Assembly: GCF_037042905.1 (NCBI RefSeq)
Contig: NC_087251.1
Span: 19,594,001 to 19,658,000 of the forward strand
Direction of reading: 5' to 3'
DNA length: 64,000 nt
Origin: Lytechinus pictus
Taxonomy: Eukaryota
The notes beneath the pieces were generated by a model. That model saw only the letters and a program-made list of their open reading frames with translations. It made no database searches and was not told where the DNA came from. Both the position numbers and the translations under genes were made by a program. Below are positions 1-13,946 of this stretch, in pieces (the stretch's first letter is position 1; every line of letters starts with the position of its first letter).

Positions 1-3000
1 ATGATATTTAGAGCACGCTTACATTTCAAATATCAATTTATTGTATCATATTGATATGATAGAGCCAATATGAATTTTAATTTTCATTCCAAGAACTAAA
101 TATGACTATATCATGGAGCTATAAGATATTACTTTTAATATATTTTTATTCGATTAAACATTTAACCGTAGAGTTAAACACGTTGTGCTGGTCAATGTTT
201 CAATGTGTGTAATTTACACTAATTTTATTGACATAGCACATTTCATAGCAAATGAAATATTATTTGATATTATAAGTTTTCATAAAGTACACTTCCGTTA
301 CTTATTACAGGCCAGCTTTGGAATAGGGATGCTATCAAAATGTTTCACAGGAAAGCGTTCCCCCTTCATATATTAACTGATTTAACTCTACGATGTGAGC
401 CATTTTCATTCATCAGTCACGGTACTTGTCACCTTAATTATAAATCAACATTTCATTCATCGAACCGTTCGTTAAGAAAACCTCAAATTGAATTAATTAT
501 CACACCTTGTCTTCCTAATTTGATTAATATCCGTTCTCAATTTCCCTTCACCAACCTTCATGTACATGATGTAGTGAGTAATGGATCTTTCTCCTGGGGT
601 AGTTTTGTTGTATCTTCTTTTTTCATCATCCTTTCTCCTCCAATATTCCTCCGGGGGTCGCCACTTTCCCCGCATAAACACACACACAACATGGTGGTGG
701 GTTTCATTATAGTAGCATTGATACCCCCATTATTTGTGAAACAAATTGGATGTCCCGGTACTCGGGGCCAATCGTTTTCCTCTCATGTTGTACCGATGCG
801 AGTGCCACAACCCGGCGGATACGTGGGGAATTTTCTTCTCCGTTACATCTTAATTCGAAGAAAGTTCGTCACTTAGCTGTAATGCAAGCCCATTGAAGCC
901 AAGTGTCTGTCTAATTTATCATTCCAGTTATAAAACCTTCCCTATAATCGCCTATATCAAGTTTGGCTAAATCTAGAGATAATTCATTTTCAAAATTTGA
1001 TTTTATCTTCAGATAAAATAAAGGAGTGGATCAATTAAACTTACTTTGTGTGGAAAATGTCTTTTTAAGATATATCGGGTACAATTTACGACAAAAATAT
1101 CTAACTTACCCCCCCCCCCCCCACCAAAAAAAGTGGGATGCCAGACAAAAGGGAGAGTTGGCCTTATATCATGTATATGCTTAGGCCTAAAATCATGTTT
1201 ATATCATGGAATATGCTGAAAATTCAGAATGTAAATTTCGAATTTTAAATTACGCAATCAATAAATTTATGATTAAACTTTCAAGGATTCTTCTTTGCAG
1301 AAAAAATATAAACATTACCTACAGAGGGCGCTAAACATACACAAAGCCAATTTAAAATTCAAATTTTGCGAATGAAAAAAAATCCAACTTTCACCACACA
1401 TTGATGAGATTCGAACAATAAACATGTAGTCCAATACAATTCTTATCATTGAAGCCTTTTCAGAAGATGTAAGTTTTGTTTTAATCTTCTTATAATGACA
1501 TTGTAATATGTGTTTGACCAAAATCATGATGAAAATAATGACAAGGGTGACCGGCGGAAATAATGAGTATAAGCATGAAAGTAGTAAATGAAAAATAAGA
1601 GACAACCTATTAGATAAATGCACCTTCAAAGTCTTGCGTGATACATTAAATTATTTGCTCCTTCTGTCTTATATGGAGGAACTAACGAGGGTTTGTAATT
1701 ACATCTCTGTTTAGTTGTCATCATATAATCACTACTTAATTTCTTTATAAGCAATGCAATGTAAGCAGAACCGGAAATGGTAAAAGTAATGACGACAGTG
1801 ATTTTATTTACAAGAGAGTCGTGTTAACTTTTATGACAAGTAAATTGAAATCAAAGTTAATCTATGTTTGATTAATGAATTTCACAATAAAAATATTCAA
1901 TGTTTATAATGAAAATGGAAAAAAAAGAACATTTACTTCTCAATTAGAATTATGTTTGCACTTTTTCGTTAATTGGTTTTTGCTTTTAATGAGGACTTGC
2001 TTAAAATCCAGCTTACTGTAAAAAGCAAGTTTTATCTTTATTTAAACATGGATCCTACAAGAACAAATGCCTCTACAAAAAAGAAAAAAAAAAGAAATTA
2101 GGGATGAAAAACAAGAAAGTTGTGGCATTTTATCAGTTTTCATTATATAGGTGAAATGATTTTGATAATACCGTAGTGAACGAGAGAGCTACTGATCAAT
2201 ACCTCAGTTAATTATCTTTCAAATTGTATGAACTCGATTAAAGTTGAACATTCGCAATTCATGGGAAAATAATATATAATGGATAATATTATCAGTGTTC
2301 CTTTATTGTTTAAAGTTCTCCTTTTTCTTCATTTAAAAAAAATATTTAATGATGATGGAAGCTAAGTAGTTTACCCCACCAACCGTTGATTACTTAAGTT
2401 AAACAGGCCTATTTAATTCATAATTGATTAAGACCAAACGTGTAACTGGAATGGAGGTATCATAATTATGGCAAAGTAGATCGCACTACTTACATTCAAC
2501 AAATGAATCTCTATCATCAATGCTAATATCGTTTTCATAGAATACAGTGAATAGTGCTCACATTACTTGTCATGTCTGAGTTAGTCATTTTCATTCCTCC
2601 ACTGATTGAACTGTAATAAAAAAACCCGCATTATCAAGTTCAGACGTGATTTCAATAAGAAAACACAATTCATGAATATCAGGTATTGCACCTCTATTTC
2701 CGGTTGAGTTTGTGGAAAGAATCATTACACTTGGGTCGAGAGGGTTAGCCAAACTGTAATTTCATTTGATAAAACTGTTCAATGTGTTTATTGTTAAGCA
2801 TTTTTGTTCTTTAGAGATTCAAGTGAATAATGTTTAGAATTAGACAAATAAAAAAATAAAAGTAAAGGTGACGGACCATTTACACCAACGCTTGAGTATG
2901 ACGGTATTATCACCAAGTTAAACTACAATGGCACTGGTGGACTGATAGAGTAAATATTTAGCGAGATCTTGAAATTGATATTGCGGTAATATTTGTGTCT

Positions 3001-6000
3001 GTATTAGGCCTCTGCATTGTCACTAGTTTGTTCTAGTCCCAGTCATATTAAATCAGCGCCACTCCATTAGTCCTCTATTACATGTGTACATAGTGCATTT
3101 GTTCTATCAGGTCGGCGTGTCTAAATTCTGTTTTTTGTAGTTTTTATTCATCTATTGTCGTGGATTTTGGTGGTGTGTCTGGTGGGATATTTTGTTTCTG
3201 GGCTGGTACAACCCTTATTTCACACTCTTATGTTCCCATGGTATCATTTATTATCCTAACATATCTCCTCGACGTATCATGAGACAGTATATTAATATTA
3301 ATTAATCATGATAATTGACTATGATATCATTAGTGACTTTGCTGTTTCGGCGAAGATTTTGTGATCTTGTGTTGCATTTACCATTTACTGCTTTAAATTT
3401 GTTATTAGGGTAAATGTCAAGAAAGAAAGTGAACCGGTTATTACCTTCCACATTAGTTATCATTCCCCTCACATTAAATAGAAAATTGTCGTTCAAACGT
3501 TGAAGTTGGAAATACCAAATGGACTCCCACACCGTACTCTAAGACCGATACCACTATAAACGTGAATCCTCAAACATTTTCATGATATATAATATGAATA
3601 ATTAATAAATTCCCAGTAATCAAATATAATTTCGTATATATTGAACAAATAAAGACATCAATGATGTACATTTTAATGCATTAAATAAGAATATTGTTTG
3701 AAGTTTGGAAATTAAAACGAATAAAACAAAAACGCAAAAAATAACAAACGACATACGAAAGTGCACGGTGAATGATTTTTTTTCTTCTCTTTCTTGGAGA
3801 TTCTGAAGTGAGTTCGCAGTGAATCATTGGTGATTTGAAGGCGAATCGGTTACTCAGATGGAATTTCGATGGCAAACCTGTCAGACTAGTCGATGTTTTA
3901 TGCACACAACAGGGTTAAAACAGGCTGGCAAACTGACGGTTTAAGTGGTGAGTTTGCGGGAAGGGGTTACATGATAAGGGTTTGTTTGCCACGCTTAGGT
4001 ACACTGTCAAAAGCCTCGCTTAAAAAACCACTCGACGGCTATCACAAACTAACTTTCACTCTCTGAATCTATTTAGATGTTGTTGTTACTCTTTTTTTTT
4101 CGATCTGGAAAGATGTGAAATTTGCTTAAACTATAGTATGTCTTTCGAGAATCGCTCTCCGAACCCTAAACGCTCTTCAGATTTGACGCTGGACAATACA
4201 CATCAAGAGGTATCACCGTCTCAAGATGAAAAACAAACAAGGCGGGGACATGTTCGATTAGCATATTTCACAATTTATCCTCCTGTTCGTTGGCAAAAAA
4301 CAAGATGAGTGTCATTTCATGATCTTCATTGACTATAGAGTTAGCGTTCGAACAAAGGGAGCGCTTTTATGCCTGGTTGCCACATAAGCTTGGGGTACAC
4401 ATTCCCTGCTCAATCGCATCGACTGGGCATTGTGTATGTGCACATAGGATATAATAAGTCATGAAAGATAGTCGAAGTTATGTGACAGAAATAAATGAAT
4501 CTCATGTCAATTATGGATCCATTGCTCTTTTTTGTTCTTGGTTTTTCGTACCAAAGTTCGATTATGTATTAAGGAGTGCTCAATAGTCACCAGGAAACAA
4601 TGATAAAGAAAGTAATATCTCCCATACACGACGATCAAGCGGATATATATATATACATGTATATATATATATTTTTTTTTTTGGGGGGGGAGGAAAGTAT
4701 TTTTTTTCAATTGATAAATTTGGCTAGTTAATGGAATTAATTTATTTCTATTAGCATTGATAAAATATCCTCCCTTTTTATCGGACGTTGATGCATGTGA
4801 ACACCCAGATCTACTGCATTATTGGCGCGTTCAATTGGGCTCTAATAATTATGTACCAGGGCGCCCCCTTTAATTTTTGAACTCAGTTAAAGGGAAGTCA
4901 GTCACATTCAAGTTTATCACCGAAATAATATTACTTATGATGAATATCAAATATGAAGACTGTATATTTCGTAGACTTTAGAAGAACAGACGGCGGTTGG
5001 GGACGAGTATTGTTCTGCCTATTATTGGTTTGCCCCCTCCTATTAATATACTCTCCCCTCTTCTTCTTTTCTCTGTCTCTCGTTTTGCGAATGAAAGTTG
5101 ATAATCACTGAAATATTCATGCTCACGAAGATGTCAGTGTGGTGGGGTCCCCAATGAACCACACTGATAGCCCCTCGCGCGTCTCAGCTAATAGCCATGG
5201 GACTCCGGGTTTCCGGGTCGGGATGCCTTCCAATTCGATAGAAAGACAGACATTAGAAGGGTCTACCCGCGTCTGTGTTATGCGTATCGTTCCTCCCAAT
5301 CGATCTCATTCAGTGAATAATATGTCCTTCTGTTACGGATCATAAAGAAGGTGATAGGGCGATAGACTAGAAGAGAGAGAGAGAGAAAGAGATACAGAGA
5401 TAGAGAGAATGAATGATAGAAATTGACAGCGACATAATCGCAAAGTCATATCGATATCGAACTGGCATGTCACCCTTTTCCTCATCTCAATTCAGGTCTA
5501 ATCTTGATCTTATCGTATGCAACGAGGCTATGCAAATAACTTTTATAAACGCAAAAAGACTGACCTAGTTGAACAATACTAGATTTCGCTTTTATTCATA
5601 TTTCGCTCATTCTCTTCCATTTTTATTTTCAGTCTCTCTCTCTCTCTCTTTCTCGGCTTTGCCTGCCCCCATAACCAATCGCAGCATGCACGAAGAGCCA
5701 CGGTGAAATTGATATTTTCTGGTATTATTTCTGATTATTTGATAAGATGCATGTTCTTTAGCGGATCAAGCTGGCTAAGGCTGTAGCAGAGGGGATCGTT
5801 TTATTGAAGCCTTCTTGCGCCGTCATGATCGGTGATCAGTGAAACTTGGTCCGGTGTGACCCGGCTATCACGTTCTAGATAACCAGCCGTGTAATCTAGA
5901 TCTACTCCCTCGCCGCAAATGACCAAATTATTTGCCGCGGCACACTTGCGCAGCGCGCATCATAACACCTGATTTCAATCTCAACATCACACCATCCTAA

Positions 6001-9000
6001 CCCTCTTGCTCCTTATATTCTCCATATCATCATCCTATCTTATCATCCACCTCCTTCATCCAATACGTGTATTATCTCAAAGAGCACCAAAACACCACAT
6101 ATGTAAAATCTCTGTAGATTGATTTCATGGCGAGCCGAGAAATGTCGCATTTGTCAAAAGATTCGAGATGATTTCTCTGCCTATACCAACTTGAAACTGA
6201 AAAACAATATTTAGGATTAATCGAATCAGGGAAAATGTGTCAGAGGATTGTCATGGATGAAAATCAGATATTACTACTCCAGTTTACTAGTCACGCTCTT
6301 AATATCTTCCAGTTTGGAAGAATTCTGCCTCATTTGAACGTGACTTTCATTCATTACAATCTGGTTTGTCTATGTTTGGGAAACATCGCTTCTCAAAATG
6401 CTTAGTTTTCAAATTCCATTTTTGGCATTTCTTCGAAATGATCACGATTCCAACCAGTTTGCTTCACAGTAACCATTCAATTTGACATTTTGTCTTCACT
6501 ATGACTGAGACGGTAGGGCTCAATGAATGAGTAACGGGGAAATCCATTACGCATGAATGATAATAAATGACTAATAATTGATCAACTCGTCACCTCCAAA
6601 GACTGGCACTCCATTCAAAACGATTTTACTTCGAATGCCAGACCCCTGAAAAAGACCATTTCAAATATCAGATTTCAAAATGTTTTCTTAGCTGTACATG
6701 ATACAAAAGATATATGATTGACAGGTCAAGTGTGACAATTATAATAAAAGGCGTTTGTTATGTGATAACAATGACGCACATAATAATTCGTCTTTTCATA
6801 AAAGTGTTAGTCGGCTAACCACTGAAACACGTTCAGTTGAAGGCAAAAGTACACTTTCTTTGTATTATTATATACAATGCAAGTTGCTCAGGTCGACGGT
6901 GGCAGTAATCATCAGAATAAAGTATTTATTATTCTCAAGCTTAAAAAAAAACTGCTGCCTCATCTTATATCGTTGTTATTTGACACTTGTTAGAAATCAT
7001 AAATCACATTTGAGTTCGTTAATATTGTATACATCTATTAACAAGTCTTTGATCATGTCATAGGGGGTCCCTCTGACTGGCTATCAATAAAAAAAAAGTA
7101 ATAAAAAAAGAAAGATAATCGGATAATGGTGTACTATGATGTGAACATAGGTTGGGCACGTTAAATAATTAAACCTCCTTTAAAATATTCATAATTATAT
7201 TTGCCCCAATTTAATTCAATACCGGTCTTGACTGGATGGGGGGTAATGTCCGCCCTCTATTTTTGTGTCAACAAATTGAACATGGTCTTTGTTCGTCACC
7301 CCCTTTCTCCAATCTTTTACATGGAAAAGGGGTCACTTTTTTACTCTGGCACTTGACGGCGTATTGCTCATTTGACGTTCTAGGGAGGTAAAGAGAGATG
7401 GAGTCTCTACAGACAGCACTATAATGGACAGAATTAACGATATCAATCGGTGCATTCAATTTCAAAAGACGATTATCAAATATGTGTTTTAGTCGTTATT
7501 TTCTCCCATTCGTTTCCCCCGGGACACTCTTTATACACGATAGTAATATGCCTATTTCTTTGTGTTGTATAAAGGTGTTGGTGGCTTGATGGCTGCTGTG
7601 ACTTTACTTAACGAAATCAGTCATATGTCAATATTTCACCGGCTGTTTTGTAAGCGTGTTCTAATTTCATGTGGAATATTCCAAGTGCTATGACCTAGAC
7701 TATTTGTCGATCATTGAGAATGTATGAAAGAGAGATTGAAACGAAGCGGGGGACCCCCCTCAATTCAGTTCCAAGTTCTTGGTCTTCTCTTTGAGACAGG
7801 CCTGTCCCTGTGGAGAAGTGAGTGGCCCCTGTCTGGGTTAGGTGAGGGTGTTGGTAGCTGAAGAGAAAGAACCACGCTGTTTGATTTTCAGCTTTGAATA
7901 GGGTTGATCATTTGGGAGAAAGCAGGATTTAAGAAGTTCTAGTTTAGGTTGGCCCGGTAGGGTGAGATGGGGGTGGGGTCATGTGGGGAGCACCGAGGGT
8001 CTTGTGTAAACCCCCACAGGAGTCTTATGTTTACTCTCTAACCTATCAACCGAGAGAGAAGCTGGGGACAATCCATTCAGACCTACCCAATGTTTCCTGT
8101 TTATTATAGGGATTGGGGGTAGCCACAGAGCAAAACTCTTTTCATAGCGGGGTCGACGCCCTCTCTCTCAAAGGATGCATACCATTAAATTGCCCAAATT
8201 TATGTTTCTTCACCAAACTAACCCGCAATTGTTCCAGCCAGCGCCCCGGTGTAACCGATTGCCTAGCCCGGGACCACGGTGATCGTTAAGGGGTCCAAGA
8301 GGCAAATGGGGAGCTAGACGCTCTCCTATTAGTAACAAGGAGTTACTCACACTTGACTACGTGTTTTGTCGTACATCCCGCCAGGGAGAAACGAATACTC
8401 GGCGACCCGACACATTTTTGTTTGGTTTTTGTCATTAGATCCCCGGCAGGTGAATAATGGCTTCACCTGTCTATCAAATCTACACCTCTTATTTGCATAC
8501 ACACGTGTAAACATTCGATTAATCTTCGCGTGGTTTTTATACCCCCTTCTCTCTTTCTCTCTTTCTATTCTCCTCCTCCTTTCTCTCTAACCGTCTACCA
8601 ACGTACTTCAACTTGGCATTCAAAAGAAATCAAGTGGAGCGAGAATCGTGCCCCAACAATCGGCCATCAATCTTTGGGCCCTTCCCATTGAAGTAAAAAG
8701 CGAGCAGATATGCGACAAATTACCCTCCTCACCACTTGAGGAATATCAAAAGCGTATTATTGTAAGGTGTGTGAGTACGAAAAGCTAACATATATAAACT
8801 GGTACAGCGGAAACAGAGGGCAAACAATAATAAAACTCAAGTAGCGATGTACAGAAATTGCCTCAAAGTGTCTGACAATAGGACCCAAACCGCATTCTCC
8901 TTCGAAATAACATTCAACTCATTAGAAATGGTGGTGAACTGGTGTGATTGACTGCCTAAATTCATTGTCAGACGTATCAATTGAAGAGAGAAGAAAATAA

Positions 9001-9926
9001 GATGGTGAGATAGATGGAAATAGAGAAGAATGGAAAGAGAAAAGGTGGTTGGTTAATGCTGCATGGTTAATAGAACAATGAAAAGAAATATATGGAAAGA
9101 GACTGAAAGAGAAAATAATGAAGCGGTACAAAATGACAGACAACTATCCGGAAAGGGTAATGATGATATATATCACCTTTTTCATGATTCATAGCTATTA
9201 TTTTCTTTGTATTTACAGAGAATTATTGGCTTCCGCCTCTGAGGTTTTCATTGTGATATATTACTGAATTAATTTGTTGATGCTCGGGTTTTATAATGGC
9301 CTTTAGAGGGATATATCATTATTCTATTTCCTACATGATCGCAGAATAATAACATAAAAACACACGTTATACGGAAATCACAATAATGAAACCACAATCT
9401 CGCCTTTCTATTGCGGATTAGAAAAATATTGGATCATTCAGATTTTTAAAAAGTTGATAATTATGTGGTAAAAGATTTGGTTCTGCTTTGTGATATTATA
9501 AAGAAATAAATCTGTATCACTTTCTGTTTGGTACACTTTTCACGACACAGCTGTTCAGGGAGATACAATGTTAAAAATAATTTATTTCTTAAGAATTTAC
9601 TTGGCTTTATTGAATTCATGTGTTCAAATCCTACACTAAAAACATATCAGTCAAAAATGACTAGTTAATAGGGTCAGCTGGGGGCAGCTGTTTCTCTCGT
9701 CGCATTTAACTATTTTCTAGACGTATTTTACTAGAACAGAGTTATTTCTGACGAGAAAATATGTCAGAAACGCGACTAGACATATCAGTTGCACCCAACT
9801 GACTACTGGTCTAGTCAATTTGACTGATTCGTTTTAAGAGTGTAACGATCTATTCAGTCAGAATTTATGAATTCTTTATTAATAAAACGTATTCTATCTT
9901 CTCGTTTCTTTTATTTGCATCTACAG
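1..9926 (+). other. 3' part of a long phase-2 intron; the preceding exon lies upstream of the window
   Basis: Ends in a polypyrimidine tract and acceptor (tctcgtttcttttatttgcatctacAG at 9925-9926). No SIX-domain or homeobox exon and no in-frame upstream exon was found in 1-9900. Confidence 0.65.
9634..9842. mobile_element. CACTA/EnSpm-like MITE with a TA duplication
   Basis: Structure is ta|CACTaaaaacatatcagtcaaaaatgactag ... ctagtcaatttgactgattcgttttaagAGTG|ta. Imperfect inverted arms extend inward (cagctgggggcagctg versus cagttgcacccaactg). Confidence 0.75.
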
Positions 9927-10137
9927 AATGCAACAGCAGCAACAGCAAGCACTGCAGAACTCGAGCGTGTCAAACTCGGCCCACTCGCCGCCGCTGGCCG
10001 AGGGAGCAACGTGCTTACTCAGTCCAAACCCCGATAGCCCTTCACCGCGATCATTAGCCGACTCGCCACCGCTCGATTCCCCGCCTCCACCGGGCTACCA
10101 CGACGATGACGATGACGACGATGTCCACCATCGCTGA
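9927..10137 (+). CDS. six3: Terminal coding exon of a transcription factor, probably Six3/6 exon 2 (low-complexity Q/S/P-rich tail with an acidic end)
   Basis: Strong acceptor, then one base (A) completing a split codon (AG|A = Arg if the donor side is AG), then MQQQQQQALQNSSVSNSAHSPPLAEG...SPPPPGYHDDDDDDDVHHR-TGA. It is GC-rich against AT-rich flanks. Six3/6 genes have one phase-2 intron in the Arg of AAAAKNR followed by LQHQ/LQQQ and a short Ser/Pro-rich tail. Exon status is well supported; gene identity is inferred because the conserved domains are outside the window. Confidence 0.62.
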
Positions 10138-11510
10138 ATTAATCAGCTGAAAGCTGAATTCATCAATGGAAAGAACATTTATTTACCCTTACCTCTTCGA
10201 CTTTCTTGTGCGTGCCATTGCGTCAGGTTATGAGGTAAAGTGGTAGAAGACAGAAGTAACTGAAATCTACAGTAGATGCCGAATTGCTGAGGGGCATGAA
10301 TCTTTGACAGCTTTGTATATAGGAGATACAACATTTTATATTCCAAAGGATAAATGAAGCTAGGACAATCTATGGCGACTTTTATGTATTTACAATCATC
10401 ATGCAACTCATCAAGATAAAATACTATTTTCTTCATGTTTTTCATCATCAGATTATTAGGACACAAGGGTACAGATTTTGAATTGTGGCCTGTTGTGTAC
10501 GATTGATATTTATCACAGTTATATTATTCTGTGATTGGTGGTTTATATGAATATTTCACAATTTTATTTGAAAAAAGGAACACCTACTGTCTAAATCATA
10601 CACAATTTACGTTCGCTTGTTTTCACAGCGGGCAGAGGAAAAATTCTACAATCCTAGTATTAAATCGACGATCACTTTTAATTAATATTCATGAAGCACC
10701 CCACCTACGGGCAATCGTCTTCTACAGTTACCCACCCTTGTTTCTCCATTCTATCCAGACCCTCTTGATGAATATTATAAATATTCACGCTCTCTTTGCT
10801 GTGTGTTCATAAGCTTCTTGTGTCTCAATCAAGCTTCTAGAAGTGGGCTATAAGCCTGTTATTTTTGTCATGATTGTCCTCTTTTGACGCGGGGGGAGAG
10901 ATTGAGGGAAGGGGGGGGGGGGTAAAGGGATATCATGTGCCCCTCAGCCTCTCTCCTTATCCTCCCACTCTCCTGTTTTCAAATACTACATCGTAATTTA
11001 ATATAGTCATATCTTGCCCATTGTAAGATTATATCATGTACCATCATGCCATTTTCATTGCATATTATTGTATTAAATGGGATTATCGTTTCTGCATTTA
11101 AAATCCAATGACCTTAATGGATAGAATACTAATTGACACACTCACTTGTTAGATTTTTTGATAGGATTAATCACCTACAACCTGATGCTCCTGTTGTAAT
11201 GAAAAGGGAATTATTGCTTTCATCTAGGTGTAATACAAATAGGGAAATACATACTTATTTATAACAATGAATGTATGGAATCCAATCTGTGTTTGAATTG
11301 TGATTTATGTCATAGAAGGTGATGGAACAAGGTCTGGGGAAATGAATCGTTGGCAATTTGTTGAATTGCTTTTGTTTCTTTTCATCCTTGATCGGTTGTT
11401 CATCAATCAGTGCCAACTTTGTAGAAAGCTCGAAACTCCAGCCCGATTTGTCTTCAAGATAATGAGGTATTACTGTTTTCTTCTTTTTTAACAAAAAATA
11501 AATTAAAATG
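10138..11510 (+). other. Probable 3' UTR; end point uncertain
   Basis: Follows the TGA and is AU-rich with TGTA motifs. Candidate polyA signals are ATTAAA near 11072 and overlapping AATAAA/ATTAAA at 11497-11507. Confidence 0.4.
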
Positions 11511-13795
11511 CGATATATTTTTAACGATTTAGGCAACTAAATCGTGTAAACGTAATCATAGACCCAAATTAGCTTCGTGTGATGGAACATGGGTTCCAAG
11601 ACAATGATGGAAGCTGTTTGTTATAATTGCGGTTATGTAACAAAAACATAAAATAATTTAAGGAGATTTAATCATCATTTACTTGTAAATGAATATCGTC
11701 GGGACAATAATGATTTTTATTGCATTTTTTTTTAGTTCGCTCATTATTCTAGTTGACAAATGAAAGCTAATTTGGTATTTTCATTTTACTTCCTAAGCAT
11801 GGTCATGTTGGTCGCCCAAAGGAATCTAAACATGGTTATTTGAATCAATGAACAAACTCCCAACGCGAAGTGGTTGTGATGTTTCTATCTATTTTATTAA
11901 CCATATTAACCCTTATTAAAACACAAGAAATGATTATGATTACTCGGATGTATATGCATCATTTCACGAATGTGCGAAATATGATTTCAACAGAAAAACG
12001 ACACCGCAAATTAGTGGTAATCAAAAGATTATTACGAAGCCAAAGCATATAGGGCAAACCATTAACCTCACAAGATCTGTAATTCATATAAATCCCAAAA
12101 GTGATATAATAGAATGCATGGTCTAGTTTGCAACTCACCTCCAATGTATGCACTCTATTTCAAAGACAATGGCGTCGTTTATTCCACCAAGTGGAACCCC
12201 TAACCCCATTAGGATGAGATTTGTAAACATTCTAAACCGAGATGACTTGCTATCCGAGTGTAACCTTTCCGATATTGATGGGCGAGTTGAAACCGCGTGT
12301 CAAGACTCTGTCCAATACGGCGACATTTTACACGCAGATGTCGTACTTATGGCGCCATTTATGTATCGTCTGCACTGCGATGAAGGGTCTTGTGTATGCT
12401 TTCTATTGCACCGTTCACGATGCTTTTTTTTGTCTGACATATTTTCATTAGACAATGAAATACCGACCATACTGACTCGATTAACAGGTGTCTTAACAGT
12501 AAAGCCAAGGTTAAGTTTATTTATGTGGAGTCTTCTTCATGCGCCATTCTTTGAATTTGTAACATTTTGTGTCAGTTACCTCCGCTCTGAAAGTGGTCAC
12601 TCCACTGAATATACTTATTTTCAAGACATCACGAGGTAAAAAAGTATAATATTGAATTAATATGTATTGGTTTAGTGCAATTTGTTAAACAATGCCAAAC
12701 GGCGGGATCGCCACATACCATGCATGGCAATCACTTTCTGTGATTGTTTTGGGGGAAAAATAGTGATTTCCTAAATATATCTATGTTATCGTGGGCATTT
12801 TATGCACCTAGTTGTAAAGATGTCACGAGGAGAAAACAACAAATCTCGTTAGATATCATTGTTGCTGTAAAAACGATTCTTCATATTATTGTACAGGATG
12901 TATGCGATGAACAGTATCAACATTGTGTTGAAAATTCTAAATAATTATTGCCAATATGACAATGAAACACATGTGTTTGGAATGGTTTGTTCTGGTTTGT
13001 AAAAAAATAACACGAGATACTGTAAGATTTTGAAGAGAGTAGAGGAGAACGAATTTGGAGAGAAAGAGAAACAGTGCAAAGGCATGTTTATATTCAAAGT
13101 CGTCGGTTGAATGAGAAAGAGAAGGGGAGGGGGTTAAGAGAGGGGGGTGTCCGTGTGAGTTTGGGGATGTTTGTTAGATAAATCATTCAAAACGCGAAGA
13201 GGGAGAAAGAGAAAGAGAGAGATAATGGGAGTGGAAACCTTCTCTCTATGAATGTGTGTGCGTGTGTGTGAGAGTGAGGGTAAGAGAGCCTGAGAAAGAG
13301 GGGGAGAGATGGAGGGGAAGGGGGGGGGCAAGAATCGCATTCAATCACTACAAAATTAGAAATGTGTATATGCTGAGGCATCAAGAAGTGCCCCAAGATA
13401 TATATGTTTTCATTCAAAGAAATGAAAAATCAAAAGTATCACGAGACTTTTCACCATCAAGCTCTTTGTAAAATAGATACTTGTGATTTCTCAAACAAAA
13501 TGGAATATGAATTGCCGAATTTGAGAAAAATGCAATATGACAGTTATTAAAACCTTCATTTTCTTTTTGAAAAAAAAATCGATTTACTTGGTAGCGACAA
13601 AATTTGAGTTTGAGTAAGCTTATATGCCGAGAGATTCATTTTATTTTTCATATTCTAGTCATTCGTAAGTTGTGTGTATTTTTACTTCTGTTTTTTTTTT
13701 TTTTTTTTTTTTTTACTTCAGCTAACGTTTCCACGTTATATATATTTAAAAAATAATGTACATGTAAAGATACGGAGGCGTAAAAAATACCCCTG

Positions 13796-13946
13796 GGACC
13801 TGTTGCATTAAAATTTTGCCAAAAAATATCTGGCAAATAAACAAAAACTGTGGCAAACAAAATTGCCATTGAAAATAACACATTAAAAAACTCTGGCAAA
13901 AAAATTGCCAGAAATTTTTATGGCAAAAGTTTTATGCAACGGGCCC
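13796..13946. mobile_element. PIF/Harbinger-type MITE
   Basis: ctg|GGACCTGTTGCATtaaaattttgcca ... tggcaaaagttttATGCAACGGGCCC|ctg: terminal inverted repeats (TIRs) plus a 3-bp CTG duplication (13793-13795 and 13947-13949), with internal TGGCAA/TTGCCA repeats. Confidence 0.8.

Noticed and set aside
340..876. 178-aa ORF and an overlapping 64-aa minus-strand ORF
   Set aside because: No recognisable domain, compositionally biased, and no splice context linking it to the terminal exon; likely chance ORFs in the intron.
4181..4209. Possible 29-nt micro-exon (ttcag|...AG|gtatca)
   Set aside because: The frame needed to join the 9927 exon begins ATT TGA, and the donor site is weak.
10138..11100. miRNA seed matches in the 3' UTR (GTGCCAT near 10212, TCTTGCC near 11012)
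   Set aside because: Single 7-mers are expected by chance and cannot be supported without conservation data.
12148..12639. 163-aa ORF
   Set aside because: No family motif, coding-like bias or splice signals recognised. Not excluded without a homology search, but unsupported.
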